DNA of 64,000 nt from Terriglobia bacterium (GTDB lineage Bacteria; Acidobacteriota; Terriglobia; JAJPHL01; JAPKYU01), in assembly GCA_965223005.1 (NCBI GenBank), contig CBDCVK010000010.1, positions 1,606,324 through 1,670,323 of the forward strand, read 5' to 3'. The notes beneath the pieces are model-generated. The model saw only the letters and a program-made list of their open reading frames with translations, made no database searches and was not told where the DNA came from. The translations under genes were made by a program, and so were the position numbers. This document shows, one piece after another, positions 9,448 through 20,305 of this stretch. Numbering within the stretch: the stretch's first letter is position 1; each line of letters begins with the position of its first letter.

Positions 9448-10377
9448 TTGATCCGAGTGGAAAAGTTGCAGAAGGAGTTTGACGAGCTGGTGGCCGTGAA
9501 TGACCTGGAGATGGTCGTTCCGGAAGGAGAAATCTACGGCCTCATCGGCCCCAACGGGGCCGGCAAGACAACCACCATCCGCATGGCCTGCGGGTTGCTG
9601 GAGCCGACCGGCGGTAAGGTCTTCATTTCTGGCGTAGATGTACACCGTCAGCCGGAGCGAGCGCAGCAGTTCGTTGGCTACCTATCCGATTTCTTTTCCG
9701 TGTACGAAGATCTCAAGGTCTGGGAGTACCTGGACTACTTCGCCCACGCCTACAAAATGCCAGAGACCGAGATTGCCACGCGCATTGACGAAGTGATCCA
9801 GGAGGTGGGTCTGGAGGTGAAGCGCGACGCCATGATCAAGGGCCTCTCGCGCGGCATGAAACAGCGCCTGGGCATTGCCCGCGCCGTGATCCACCGCCCG
9901 CGGGTGCTGTTGCTGGACGAGCCCGCCTCCGGCCTGGACCCGAAGGCCCGCGTCGATCTGCGCAATCTGCTCCAGTCCTTGCGGGACCAGGGGACGACCG
10001 TGCTGATCTCCTCCCACATCCTTACCGAATTGGAGGGTTTCTGCACTTCCATCGGGCTTATGGAAAAAGGCCGGATGGTCCGCAGTGGAAAGATTGAGGA
10101 AATCACTGCCGCCGAAAGCAGCTACCGCGTGGTGCGCTTTAGCTGGGTAGGCGATGCCGCCAGCGCCGTGGAATCCAGTCTGCAGGCTAATCCCAAAGTT
10201 TCCGGCCTGCTGGTGAAAGGACGCGAGGCAGTGTTCAAGTTCGTCGGCGAAGAAGAGGAGCTGGCCGGGCTGCTCGCCAACCTGGTGGCCGCCGGAGTCC
10301 GCATAGTCTCCTTCGGGGAGGTCAAGAAAACCGTCGAGGACCTATACCTGAAGCTTTCCGGCCATGAGGTCATGTAG
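9448..10377 (+). CDS. ABC-2 type transporter ATP-binding protein
   Basis: Walker A GPNGAGKT, signature LSRGMKQR, Walker B LLLDEP, H-loop SSH. Confidence 0.95.
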   Translation: MIRVEKLQKEFDELVAVNDLEMVVPEGEIYGLIGPNGAGKTTTIRMACGLLEPTGGKVFISGVDVHRQPERAQQFVGYLSDFFSVYEDLKVWEYLDYFAHAYKMPETEIATRIDEVIQEVGLEVKRDAMIKGLSRGMKQRLGIARAVIHRPRVLLLDEPASGLDPKARVDLRNLLQSLRDQGTTVLISSHILTELEGFCTSIGLMEKGRMVRSGKIEEITAAESSYRVVRFSWVGDAASAVESSLQANPKVSGLLVKGREAVFKFVGEEEELAGLLANLVAAGVRIVSFGEVKKTVEDLYLKLSGHEVM

Positions 10378-10690
10378 TGCAGTTCTGGCGGAACCCGGAA
10401 CTGGTGCGGCACGCCCGGGCTGATTTGCGCCCGGCGCGCGCGCTGATAACCGGGCTGCTGGTCCTGGTGATTTGCCTCCTCACGGCGCTGGCCTGCTGGA
10501 GCGCTGAGCCTGACAACTTTCGCCTCTTCTCCCGCCTGTTTTATAGCTGGTTGCTCGGGATGCAGTTCGCGGTGATGAGCTTCTGGTGTGCCTCGGCCTG
10601 CGGCCAGGCGATTTCGCGCGAGCGGGAACTGAAGACCTTCGACTTCTTGAAAACCACCCGCTTGACCGCGGGCGAGCTATTGCTTGGAAA

Positions 10691-12883
10691 GGGCTCGAAT
10701 AGTGCGCAATCCCCACTTCCGCTTGGGCGGTTTGTAGTTGATGGCCGCTCTCCAGGTCGTTCGGGGCAATGAATGCTCACATCGGCTTCCAGTTCCGCCT
10801 TCGACGGCTGGTAGCTGGACGCCACTTCCTGTTGCTTAGGTGGTTGTTTTGCCTGCTCACGGCTGTCTCATCTTTGAACATTTCGGATTGAGGGTTTTCA
10901 GGTCGTTGGCTTGGAAATTGTCAACTTAGGGTCAACCCGCTCTAGTTGTCCGTCTAATCCAAAGTCGTAGTCGTCAAACGGTGGAGTTGGTCATGTTCTT
11001 AGCCGCTACGTCGCGTCTTGAGGCTTGCCGATCCCTGGGAAGCGCCTTAGTAAGCGGCGTGCGACCTTTCAAGCTGGGTGAACTCCTGCTCAATAAGGCG
11101 AAGTAGGTGAGGGCTCTTCTGCAAGCCTGACCGCCATCGCGTTTGAACACCTGCTGGAATCCATTTCGCATTCGCGAGCCTTCTCAAGCACATATATGCA
11201 GGCTTGGCCGCCGATGAATGACGATCCCAAAGTTTCCAGATACAAGCTCCCAATAATATTTCAGAAAGCCAAACTCGTTTTCCCGCAAGCGATCGAGGCA
11301 CTTGGAGAATAACGCTTCTGTTCGCGGTCCCTGTAATTGATCAAGTCGGCTGGAGCGACATTGTCGATGTAGGTAAAGGTGCCGTCTAAAACGCGCAATG
11401 CCGGAGCCGTCATTGTCGTAGTTCAGCGTTCCCGAATACGGACACGGCGGCGGCTCCAGACAGGTCTGGCCGGGCGATCTCTTGCACCTGGTCCCTGGGC
11501 TAACGCGGCACCATATCTGGGTGCCCCAGTGGCCTTTTATCTGCGGCGGTCGTAATCGGTTCCGCATACGACCCGTCTCCTGGGTTCGGAAAACAGATAA
11601 CTGTGAGGTCAAGTAAGAACCGTCGAGGACCTCCTGGCTACCTCATCCGAAGCTTTCCATTCGTGTTTCTACGGCCATGAGGTCATGTCATCAGTGCGAG
11701 CGGCGAAGTTGGCTCCACGGAACACCGGAACCGGTGCTCGCACGCTGTTTGTGGAAGCCATCTCAAGCTCCACACTACATCGTCAGCTTGCGTCAGTAAA
11801 TCGCCGGCCTGCTGAAACGCATCTTGCACTGTCGCGACCGTGAATGTTGCTGATAGCCCGCCTTTTTCTCCTGTCCGCTGCTCCCGGTACGGTCAGCGGT
11901 TTCTGCTTTCTGGTAGTTAACGTCATTCTGCCTCCATCACGCCACCAAGTCGGCGTACTTCAACCGCTTCTGGTCCATCCCGCGCACCATTGCCTGCATT
12001 TGGAGCGTGTCGGACTCCCGTTGCTGGCGGCCTAGCCGTTGACGTATCGTTGGAGATGCTTGGCACTGAGATTGTGGAAGGTGCCTCTGCTCCTTGAGCA
12101 TCGACCGCTCTCCACGTCGTTTGTGTGCGCATCCCGCGTTGCATACTCGGCAACCGAGTGCTTTACCGACTCATGCTCGAAGCCCGGCATGTCATACACT
12201 GGAGCATCGTCGGTAGACCTTAGCACCTGCGACCGAATCCCTGAGAAACCCTTGCAGCGTTCGCTGTCCGTGTGCGAGACTCACGAACGAGCGTTGGGCG
12301 GTCCATTCCGGCCACGGCCACCTTCGCCCGCGCCCGTCCATCTCCTTGCGCTTCGCGGATTGCGCCGCTTCCCGCCGACGTAGCACTCATCGGCCTCGAC
12401 TGGCCCGGCAAACAGGGAGCCATCTCTTCCCACGCCTTGCGCAGTCTGTGAGCCAAGTGCCATGCCGACTTCTGCGAGATGCTCAAATCTCTGCGGAGCT
12501 TCATCGAAGAGATTCCTTTTAGTCCGGTCGCCAGAAGGTAGATGCCGATGACCCACGACGGAAGCCGAGATTCGATCCTTCCAGGGCAGTGCCAACCTTC
12601 GCACTGAACCGCTTCCGGCAGTCGCGGCAACGGTAGGGCATCGTCTTGTGCTTCGCTTTATCTTGCACGTTTGTCGATCCGCAGTGTGGGCAGTCCATCA
12701 GGCCAACGGGCCTTGACTAACCACGCCTCGGCGGTAGCATCATCCGGGAACATCCTAAACAACTGGGGGAGTGATAGCCCCTTCGGTAGTGTTTTCCTGG
12801 CGCTTTATGCTTCATCATGTTTTACATTATAGTGCCCAACTTCACGAAAGTCAAGACTTTTTGGGCACTATTCGATATCTCCC
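10691..12883 (-). mobile_element. Decayed IS1595-family element with passenger DNA
   Basis: 8-bp TSD cttggaaa at 10683-10690 and 12884-12891. Ends gggctcgaatagtgcgcaa and ttgggcactattcgatatctccc are imperfect inverted repeats. Confidence 0.9.
11850..12819 (-). pseudogene. IS1595-family transposase, multiply frameshifted
   Basis: Motifs spread over several frames: FPDDATAEAW, Zn ribbon CPHCGS...YRCRDCRKRF, KGISSMKLRRDL..QKSAW, VEADECYVGG, VKHS..EY..DAHTNDVES, GTFHNLSAKHLQRYV. Boundaries approximate. Confidence 0.88.
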
Positions 12884-14168
12884 CTTGGAAAGCTGTTGGG
12901 CGCGCCCATTCTGGCCTACTTCTCCCTGGCTTGCTTGTTGCCCATCTCGCTGCTGGCGGGAATTTTCGGGGGATACTCGCTTGGCGTGCTTTTTTGGACC
13001 TACCTCCTGCTGCTGGCCTTGATGCTGTTTCTGGGCCTGATCGGTTTGTGGATATCGCTGCTACGGGAGAAATCGAGCGGCGTAGTCGGGGCAGTGGCAC
13101 TTTTACCAATTAGCTTGACGTTCGGCTTAGCCTACAGCCCCTTCCCGGGGGCGGGAGCCATCAGTATTTTTCCTGCCCTCTTTTCGCTTTACGGGCTGGG
13201 TGGGGAAATCGCCAGCGTGACGCCCAAACTATTCGGAATGCCGAGTTCTTTCCCCTTCTTGACGCTGTTCCTCTATGCCGCCTTCGGCGCCTGGCTTGTC
13301 CTGATGCTGACGCGGAACTTCAAGAAGGATCTGGAGCAGGTCCGCCTTCTCTCCCGGTGGCAGGCCCTCGGCTTTGCGATTTTTCTCAACGCGCTGTTCT
13401 ATGGGTTCCTGGACATGGAGAAGGTCTCGCGGCGAACGGGCGTCCCGTTGGTGTCCCCGGAACAGGCATCCAATCTTGCAGTGGCCATGAACGCGGCAAT
13501 TCTGTTCCTGCTAGGTCTGGCAGCCGTGGTCCCGCACGAGAAGCTGAAGGTGTGGTGGCGTAAGCGCGCTGCGGCAGAGGAGCCTTACCTGTCCGAGGAT
13601 GGCCTGCCGTGGCCCTGGTTGGCCATGGCTGCTCTGGTGGCTTACAGCCTCCTGGCTGGCCGAGCCCTGGCCGGATGGGACTCGATTCCTTTCGCGCTCT
13701 GGCACCTCGGAAGCGCAGGCGTCCAGATGCTTGTCTTTCTGCTCTTCATATCGCGGGACATCCTGTTCCTTCAATGGTGCACCCTCACGCGGATGAAGCG
13801 CCCACTGGTTAAAGGTCTTTTCTACCTGTTGCTCTATTACACGGCAGTCTTCATCATAGGAGGCGTTCTCCACCTCGTCTGGGCACCGTCCCGCTTCACC
13901 TTTTACGCTTTGACAAGTCCGTTTACCGCCTTCGGCGCGGAACAACTCGGGCCCGCCGATGTGCCCGGGATTTATCTGGGGATGGCATTGCAAGTCGCGG
14001 TGATCTGGCTCCTGCTAAGAGCAATCTCCCGCCGCCTGGGGCGCCCCTCAAACGCTGCCGCGGCTTCCGAATCGTAGGTTGCGCTCCAATCCTGCGGAAA
14101 TCGTCCGTGCATTGGCAATCGCTGCGGACACCATTGGACCGTCGCGCCAGAGTTCGCTTCCGGCCTTC

Positions 14169-14196
14169 TTGACAGGTCGCCAACCGGCATTATAAA
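14169..14196 (+). promoter_or_regulatory. Putative sigma70 promoter of the Rieske/cytochrome b operon
   Basis: TTGACA (14169-14174), 16-bp spacer, TATAAA (14191-14196), in the intergenic region. Confidence 0.65.
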
Positions 14197-14461
14197 AATG
14201 GTAGGTTGTACGGGGCTTTGGCAGCACTGGGAAGGCAACCACGGGAGTGGAGCGCTTCAGTAGCGCACCGGGTTTGCGAACGGGAGTCGGGAACTGCCCA
14301 GACAGTTGCCAGAGCGGTAGTTACTGCTTCGACTGGCAGGGTCGGGCTCTAGAGCACCTCATGGGGGTTCTTCCCGAAGTTTTTTCCTGGGAGCAGTGGA
14401 AAGCTTGGGGCGGGCTGCGGCCCGAGCACCCAAAACCAGCACAGAGCAAGGGAGCGGGCGT

Positions 14462-15088
14462 ATGGAGGAATTGACGGGCAAGGGAAACCCTGGCCCGCCG
14501 GAGGGTTCCGGGAAAGCGGCGACCGGTGTGCCAGCGAAGAAAGCCGAGCAGCCCGCGGCTCCGAGCAAGCAACAGGCCAAGGAAACTGCTGAGGCCAATC
14601 CGAGCCTCCGCCGGCGGCGCCTGGTGTGGGCTTGCGTCGTGGCCTACCTGGTGACCAACTTCCTGATGTTCCTTCGCTTTTTCCTGCCGCGCACGCTCTT
14701 TGAACCAAAAACTAAATTTACAATCGGCTATCCCGGCGACTTCGCCTTGGGCGTGGAGACCAAGTTCCAAAAGGACTTCCGCATCTGGGTGGTGCGCAAC
14801 GCCGAGCGCATCTTTGTGATCTTTGCGCGCTGTACGCACCTGGGCTGTACGCCGGACTGGAAGTCGGCCGAGACTAAGTTCAAGTGTCCGTGCCACGGCA
14901 GCGGCTATGACACTGAGGGAGTCAATTTTGAAGGCCCGGCGCCACGGCCCATGGACCGTGCCCACCTGGAACTAGACGCCCAGGGCCGCATCGTGGTAGA
15001 CACCGGGCGCCTCTACGAGTGGCCCAAGGGACTGCAATCGGAGTTCGACGAAGGCGACGGTCGAAGCGGCGCCTTTATCCAGGTGTAG
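14462..15088 (+). CDS. Rieske [2Fe-2S] subunit of a Rieske/cytochrome b complex
   Basis: CTHLGC and CPCHGSGY boxes, GPAPRP, and an Arg run followed by a TM helix. RBS before ATG 14462. Confidence 0.95.
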   Translation: MEELTGKGNPGPPEGSGKAATGVPAKKAEQPAAPSKQQAKETAEANPSLRRRRLVWACVVAYLVTNFLMFLRFFLPRTLFEPKTKFTIGYPGDFALGVETKFQKDFRIWVVRNAERIFVIFARCTHLGCTPDWKSAETKFKCPCHGSGYDTEGVNFEGPAPRPMDRAHLELDAQGRIVVDTGRLYEWPKGLQSEFDEGDGRSGAFIQV

Positions 15089-15130
15089 GGTTCAGCGTGT
15101 AAGGTTCAGCCCCGCAGGCGGGAGATTCGC

Positions 15131-16066
15131 ATGGCAGAGGAAAACACGAAGCAGGACGGCGACGGCAACCAAGGCGTGAGCGGGAACGGAAAAACGAAGG
15201 TGGCCACGCTGGTAGAGAAGGCCAAGGCTGGAGCCCGCCTGCTGATGGGGCAGGTGCAGGAAGACGCTGAGGCGCTGAAGAAACCGCAGAAGACCCAGCT
15301 GTGGAAGTCCCTGTTCCGAGTCAAGCACGACGACACGACCCGTAGCCGGGCGTTGGGCGTGCTGAGCAATGTCTTCCTGCACCTGCACCCGGCCAAGGTC
15401 AATCGCGACGCCGTGCGCTACAGCTACACCTGGGGCATGGGGGGCATCACCTTTTACCTGTTCATCGTGCTGACCTTCACCGGGGTGCTCCTGATGTTCT
15501 ATTACCACCCCACCAAGGTGCAGGCGTTCCGCGACATCCTCTACCTGGAGCATGACGTGCCCTTCGGCCGCTTGCTGCGGAACATGCACCGCTGGGCCGC
15601 GCACCTGATGATCATCACCGTGTGGCTGCACATGTTCCGGGTGTTCCTGACCGGCTCCTACAAGAAGCCGCGCGAGTTCAACTGGGTGGTGGGTGTGATC
15701 CTGCTGGTGCTAACCATGCTTCTGTCGTTCACCGGCTATCTGCTGCCCGACGACCAGTTGGGATTCTGGGCGGTGACGGTGGGCACCAATATGGCGCGCG
15801 CCACTCCGATGCTGGGATCCGAAGGGCCGTTTGGGCCAGAACTGGGAATGAGCCCTCTAAACGATGTGCGCTTTGCTCTGTTGGGCGGTTCTATCGTGGA
15901 TTCCAACGCCCTGCTGCGCTCCTATATCTGGCACTGTATCGCCATTCCCCTGATCGCCGCCGTTTTCATGGGGGTCCACTTCTGGCGGGTGCGCAAAGAC
16001 GGCGGAATTTCCGGCCCGGCGCCGGTGATGCTGGAAAGCGAAATCAAGGAAGTCCGGAAGCTATAG
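15131..16066 (+). CDS. Cytochrome b6-like (N-terminal, split-type cytochrome b)
   Basis: Heme-ligand pairs MHRWAAHLMIITVWLHMFRV and WHCIAIPLIAAVFMGVHFW. Also PREFNWVVG and FTGYLLP. Confidence 0.95.
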   Translation: MAEENTKQDGDGNQGVSGNGKTKVATLVEKAKAGARLLMGQVQEDAEALKKPQKTQLWKSLFRVKHDDTTRSRALGVLSNVFLHLHPAKVNRDAVRYSYTWGMGGITFYLFIVLTFTGVLLMFYYHPTKVQAFRDILYLEHDVPFGRLLRNMHRWAAHLMIITVWLHMFRVFLTGSYKKPREFNWVVGVILLVLTMLLSFTGYLLPDDQLGFWAVTVGTNMARATPMLGSEGPFGPELGMSPLNDVRFALLGGSIVDSNALLRSYIWHCIAIPLIAAVFMGVHFWRVRKDGGISGPAPVMLESEIKEVRKL

Positions 16067-16081
16067 CGGAGAGGGAAGCCA

Positions 16082-17017
16082 ATGGATTGGGCACAACTGT
16101 GGGAAATCGCGTCCTTGCCGGACAACGTGCCGATCGTAGCACTGCTGTTTCTGGTGCCCTTCTATTCCTGGTACGGCTTGCGCCAGGCTCTGGCCAATGA
16201 CCGGCTGATCGCACAACTGGAAGCCGACCCCCAATTAGCCAAGACCCATCATCGCAAAACCCATCCTTTCCGGCCCGGCTGGGCCCGCGACGTGCATGTC
16301 TGGCCCTTCTTGCTGCGAATAGAATTTTTGGCGGCCATCATTGTGACCGTGATCCTGATGGTTTGGTCGCTGACGCTGGACGCGCCCCTGGAAGAGCCGG
16401 CCAATCCAGGCCTGACCATGAATCCGGCCAAAGCTCCCTGGTATTTCCTGGGCCTGCAGGAGATGTTGGTTTACTTTGACCCCTGGATCGCTGGTGTGGT
16501 GATGCCCACCCTCATCGTTATCGGGCTGATGGCGATCCCCTACATTGACGAGAATCCGCTGGGCGGTGGCTACTACACCTTCCGCCAGCGCCGCTTTGCC
16601 ATCCTAACGTTTTGCTTCGGTTTCATCTTGCTCTGGGTGGCGATGGTGGTGATCGGCACCTTTATCCGCGGACCGGGCTGGATGTGGTTCTGGCCCGGCC
16701 AGGTCTGGGATCATAACAAGCTGATCTTTGAAGCCAACAGGGACTTGCCCGACATCCTGGGCATTACCAGCATGGCGGGCAAAAGCATCCTCGGAGCTCT
16801 GGTGGTGGGCGGCTATTTCCTACTGGCTGGTGTCGGCCTCCATATGTTGATCACGCTCACTGAGTTCAGCCGAAAGATTTATAAGCGAATGAACTTACTG
16901 CAATATCTGACCTTGCAGTTTCTCGTCATTACTATGCTGGCGCTGCCGGTGAAGATCTTCCTCCGGCTGCTGTTCCGGATTAAGTACGTCTGGGTAACCC
17001 CATGGTTCAACGTCTGA
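16082..17017 (+). CDS. Cytochrome b subunit IV-like membrane protein (extended)
   Basis: VWPFLL..E, APLEEPANP..T.NPAKAPWYFLGLQE (the PEWY-equivalent position), IPYID.NP. Confidence 0.9.
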   Translation: MDWAQLWEIASLPDNVPIVALLFLVPFYSWYGLRQALANDRLIAQLEADPQLAKTHHRKTHPFRPGWARDVHVWPFLLRIEFLAAIIVTVILMVWSLTLDAPLEEPANPGLTMNPAKAPWYFLGLQEMLVYFDPWIAGVVMPTLIVIGLMAIPYIDENPLGGGYYTFRQRRFAILTFCFGFILLWVAMVVIGTFIRGPGWMWFWPGQVWDHNKLIFEANRDLPDILGITSMAGKSILGALVVGGYFLLAGVGLHMLITLTEFSRKIYKRMNLLQYLTLQFLVITMLALPVKIFLRLLFRIKYVWVTPWFNV

Positions 17018-17062
17018 AAGTAAGGTGCGAAGGCCCGAGGTGCGAGGGCAGGGAGGGGCCTG

Positions 17063-20000
17063 GTGCCTGAGACACCCGCTCCCGAACGAGACCCGATCGT
17101 CAGCCAGTCCCTCAGCGGTCCCCTGCTGATTTCCGCCTTCTTGCTGGTGGTGACGGTGGCTTGGTCCCTGTACGACGAACTGTACGGGCAGCGTCCCTGG
17201 AAGGATTACCAGGAGCGGTTTGTGGGCCAGTACACCGCGTATCTGAAGAGTTTGGAACCCAAGCAGGCGAGCGCGGAAGAGAAACTTCGGGGGTCGGACG
17301 AATACCAGCGCCTGGAGCAGGAATTGGCCGAAGCCGAGAAGGCTGTTGCACCCAGGCTGCGCGACCTTGGCCGCGAGATGAACCAGGAGCTCACCCCGCG
17401 GATCATGGCCCTAACGGAAGTTTTCCAGGTGGCCCGCGGGAAGTTGGGTGAAAAGATCTACCAACTGGAAACCGCCTCCAGCACCAGCGAAAAAGAGTCG
17501 CGCAGAAAGGCGTTGGAACAGGCCAGACAGGAGAAGTGGTCGGCCCGGCTGCCGGCCGGCGACGGCAAAATCGAGCGGGTCAGCCTTACCTACGACGAGC
17601 TGGAACGGGAATTCAACGAGCTCAAGACCCGCAGAGCAAAGTTGCAGGCTGAGCGCGCCGAACTGCTCCGACGGCCCACCGAACTTCGGGCCCAACGGGA
17701 TGCCTATTTGAAAGAAAACCTGGTCGGCCTGGACAAACAGCAGATCGCCGGGCTGCTCGGGAACATGGAGAACTTTGAATACAAGATCAAGCAGATTCAC
17801 GTTGGGGCGGACCGCATCTACGCAGGAGTTGGGCGCGTAGATATGGTGGATCGCTGCCACTCCTGCCACGTGGGGATCCTGGAACCAGTCACGCTGACCA
17901 GGGACGACATGGGCGGCGAAGCAGCCTTCACCAGCCATCCCAATCCCGAGCTGCTGCGCGTCCACGACCCGGAGCGGTTCGGCTGCTCGCCCTGCCACGG
18001 AGGCAACGGGCGCGCCACCACCAGCGTGAAGAAAGCCCACGGCCAGTACAAACACTGGCTGTGGCCGCTGTACGCACGAGAGAACGCGGAAGCCGGCTGC
18101 CAGCAGTGCCACAGCACCGAGATGGTGTTGGAACATGCGGAAGTGCTCAACGCGGGTAAGCAGCTTTTCCGCAACAAGGGCTGCATCGGCTGCCACCGCT
18201 ATGAGCGTTTTGACCCGGAGGCCGAACGGCTGCAAGCAGTGCGGCAGGCCGTCCGTTCACGGAAAGAACAGCGCAAGGAACAGAAGCGCGAAGTGGCATT
18301 AACCATTCGGGCTGCCAATGCAGCCACCGACAACGCTGCGTTCGCTCGGCTTAACGCCAAGGCAGATGGCTTGCGCCAGGGCCTGTCACTGATTGACCAC
18401 GAGCTGGAACAGCTCCAATTGGAGTCTCGCAGCCTGATGCGCGAGTTGAAAAAGATCGGTCCTAACCTCAAGGACGTGCGGCAGAAACTGCGTCCCGAGT
18501 GGTTGCCGGTCTGGATCCAGAATCCGCATGAGTTCCGGCCCACCACCAAGATGCCGCGCTTCCGGCTTAGGGAGCAGGAAGTGCAAGCCATCGCCGCCTA
18601 CCTGTGGCAGACCGGCACTCAGTTGCCGGTGCCGAAGCGGCCGCCGGGCGACCCGGTGCGCGGCAAGGAATCCTTTGAGACGCGCGGCTGCATGGGCTGC
18701 CACTCGGTGGGGGAGGGCAGCCAGCGGTTGGGCGGCACGTTTGCCGCCAACCTGAGCCGCTTGGGCGAGAAGGCCAATTACGAATACATCGTGCGCTGGA
18801 TTCACAACCCGCGCGAGCGCAGCCTGCCCTATTGCCCGCTGGAGAACCGCGACATCGGTCCCGAAGACTACGCCAAGCACGGGTTGCCCTTCCGTTTCGA
18901 CCTGGATCACAGCCTCTGCCCCAATGACGGCTCCGAAATGCAGGTACAGCAAATGACGGTCATGCCCAACCTGCGTCTGAGCTGGCAGGAGAGCCGCGAC
19001 ATCGCCAGCTACCTGATGACTCTGAAGCGGGAAGGCGAATCAGATTACCCGCCGGTGGAGTTTCTCAACGACCCGAAACTCATGGCGCAGGGGTCCATGT
19101 ACATCCGACACTATGGATGCGCGGGTTGTCACGAAATTTCCGGCTTCGAGCAGGAAAGCCGCATCGGGACGGAACTCACCACCGAGGGTAGCAAACCCAT
19201 CGAGCGTCTGGACTTTGCCCTGCTGACCCACGATGCCAAGAAAGAGGGCTGGTACGACCACAAGGGCTTCTTCGAGCGCAAGCTGGGCGACCCGGCCGTC
19301 TTTGACCAGGGGAAGGAGAAAGCGCGGCTGGAGTTGCTCAGGATGCCCGAGCCTAACGTTACCCCGCGGGAAATCACTGCGCTCACCACCTTCCTGCTGG
19401 GCAGCGTGGACCAGACCATACCGGCCCAGTATCAGTTCCGGCCTTCGGACCAGCGCCAAGACATTCAGGAAGGCTGGTGGATTGCCACCAAGTACAACTG
19501 CATGGGCTGCCACCAGGTCCGCATCGGCCAGGAATCGGTGCTGATGAATGTACCGCGCTATCAGACTCCCGACGGGAAAGAGCAGTTGCCGCCACGTTTG
19601 GTCGGCGTGGGTGCCCGCGTTAATCCCGCCTGGCTGCTTCGTTTCCTGGAAAACCCGGCGCTCAGCAGCAAAGACACGGACCGGAATGGCGCCCGGCACT
19701 ACTTGAAAGCGCGCATGCCCACCTTCCACTTCTCTGACGGCGAACTGCGGAAACTGGTGCGCTTCTTTGCGGCCCTGGCGACTCAGGCTACCCCCTATAT
19801 TCCGCCTCGCTTGGAGCCACTGTCGTCTCAAGAGATGAGACTGGCACGGCAACTGTTTACCCACCCGGCCGCGCCCTGCTTGAAGTGCCATGCGACCGGA
19901 GATCCGGCTCACGACCGCAATGCCACCGCTCCCAATTTCCTGCTGGCGAGGGAACGCCTGAAATCAGGCTGGACCAAACGCTGGATGGTCGAGCCCTCGC

Positions 20001-20245
20001 TGATCAGCCCCGGCACTTCTATGCCGGACGAGCTGTTCCGGCAGGAAGGAGAACGGTGGGTCTTCAACTTCGGCGGGCCGGCTCCGGAATCGTTCCGGAG
20101 CTATGAGAAGGACCACGTGGAGCTACTCACGCGCTACATGTTCCAGATGACGCCGCAAGAGCAGCGCAGGCTTACCGGCAGACGAGTCTCGGCATCCGTT
20201 CCGTCCAAGGGAAGAAGGCTGGCACGGATGCGTCGCGCACAATAA
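17063..20245 (+). CDS. Membrane-anchored multiheme cytochrome c (8 CxxCH motifs)
   Basis: CHSCH, CSPCH, CQQCH, CIGCH, CMGCH, CAGCH, CMGCH and CLKCH. N-terminal TM helix and two coiled-coil-like stretches. Confidence 0.93.
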   Translation: MPETPAPERDPIVSQSLSGPLLISAFLLVVTVAWSLYDELYGQRPWKDYQERFVGQYTAYLKSLEPKQASAEEKLRGSDEYQRLEQELAEAEKAVAPRLRDLGREMNQELTPRIMALTEVFQVARGKLGEKIYQLETASSTSEKESRRKALEQARQEKWSARLPAGDGKIERVSLTYDELEREFNELKTRRAKLQAERAELLRRPTELRAQRDAYLKENLVGLDKQQIAGLLGNMENFEYKIKQIHVGADRIYAGVGRVDMVDRCHSCHVGILEPVTLTRDDMGGEAAFTSHPNPELLRVHDPERFGCSPCHGGNGRATTSVKKAHGQYKHWLWPLYARENAEAGCQQCHSTEMVLEHAEVLNAGKQLFRNKGCIGCHRYERFDPEAERLQAVRQAVRSRKEQRKEQKREVALTIRAANAATDNAAFARLNAKADGLRQGLSLIDHELEQLQLESRSLMRELKKIGPNLKDVRQKLRPEWLPVWIQNPHEFRPTTKMPRFRLREQEVQAIAAYLWQTGTQLPVPKRPPGDPVRGKESFETRGCMGCHSVGEGSQRLGGTFAANLSRLGEKANYEYIVRWIHNPRERSLPYCPLENRDIGPEDYAKHGLPFRFDLDHSLCPNDGSEMQVQQMTVMPNLRLSWQESRDIASYLMTLKREGESDYPPVEFLNDPKLMAQGSMYIRHYGCAGCHEISGFEQESRIGTELTTEGSKPIERLDFALLTHDAKKEGWYDHKGFFERKLGDPAVFDQGKEKARLELLRMPEPNVTPREITALTTFLLGSVDQTIPAQYQFRPSDQRQDIQEGWWIATKYNCMGCHQVRIGQESVLMNVPRYQTPDGKEQLPPRLVGVGARVNPAWLLRFLENPALSSKDTDRNGARHYLKARMPTFHFSDGELRKLVRFFAALATQATPYIPPRLEPLSSQEMRLARQLFTHPAAPCLKCHATGDPAHDRNATAPNFLLARERLKSGWTKRWMVEPSLISPGTSMPDELFRQEGERWVFNFGGPAPESFRSYEKDHVELLTRYMFQMTPQEQRRLTGRRVSASVPSKGRRLARMRRAQ

Positions 20246-20305
20246 CTCGACTGGAGTCCCTGACCGGACAGTAATAGGAAAAGTTCAGCGAAAGGGTGAC
20301 AAACG

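Larger units (their letters stand above)
10377..14077 (+). pseudogene. ABC-2 permease interrupted by an IS1595-family element
   Basis: The 5' part ends ...TRLTAGELLLGK at 10690. Removing the element and one TSD copy rejoins it in frame to LLGAPILAYF... (to 14077). Confidence 0.9.

Noticed and set aside
17063-20245. Assignment of the eight-heme protein to the HAO/octaheme nitrite or tetrathionate reductase families
   Set aside because: The hemes are spread across separate cytochrome c-type domains with MP motifs, there is no CxxCK, and the spacing is unlike those enzymes.
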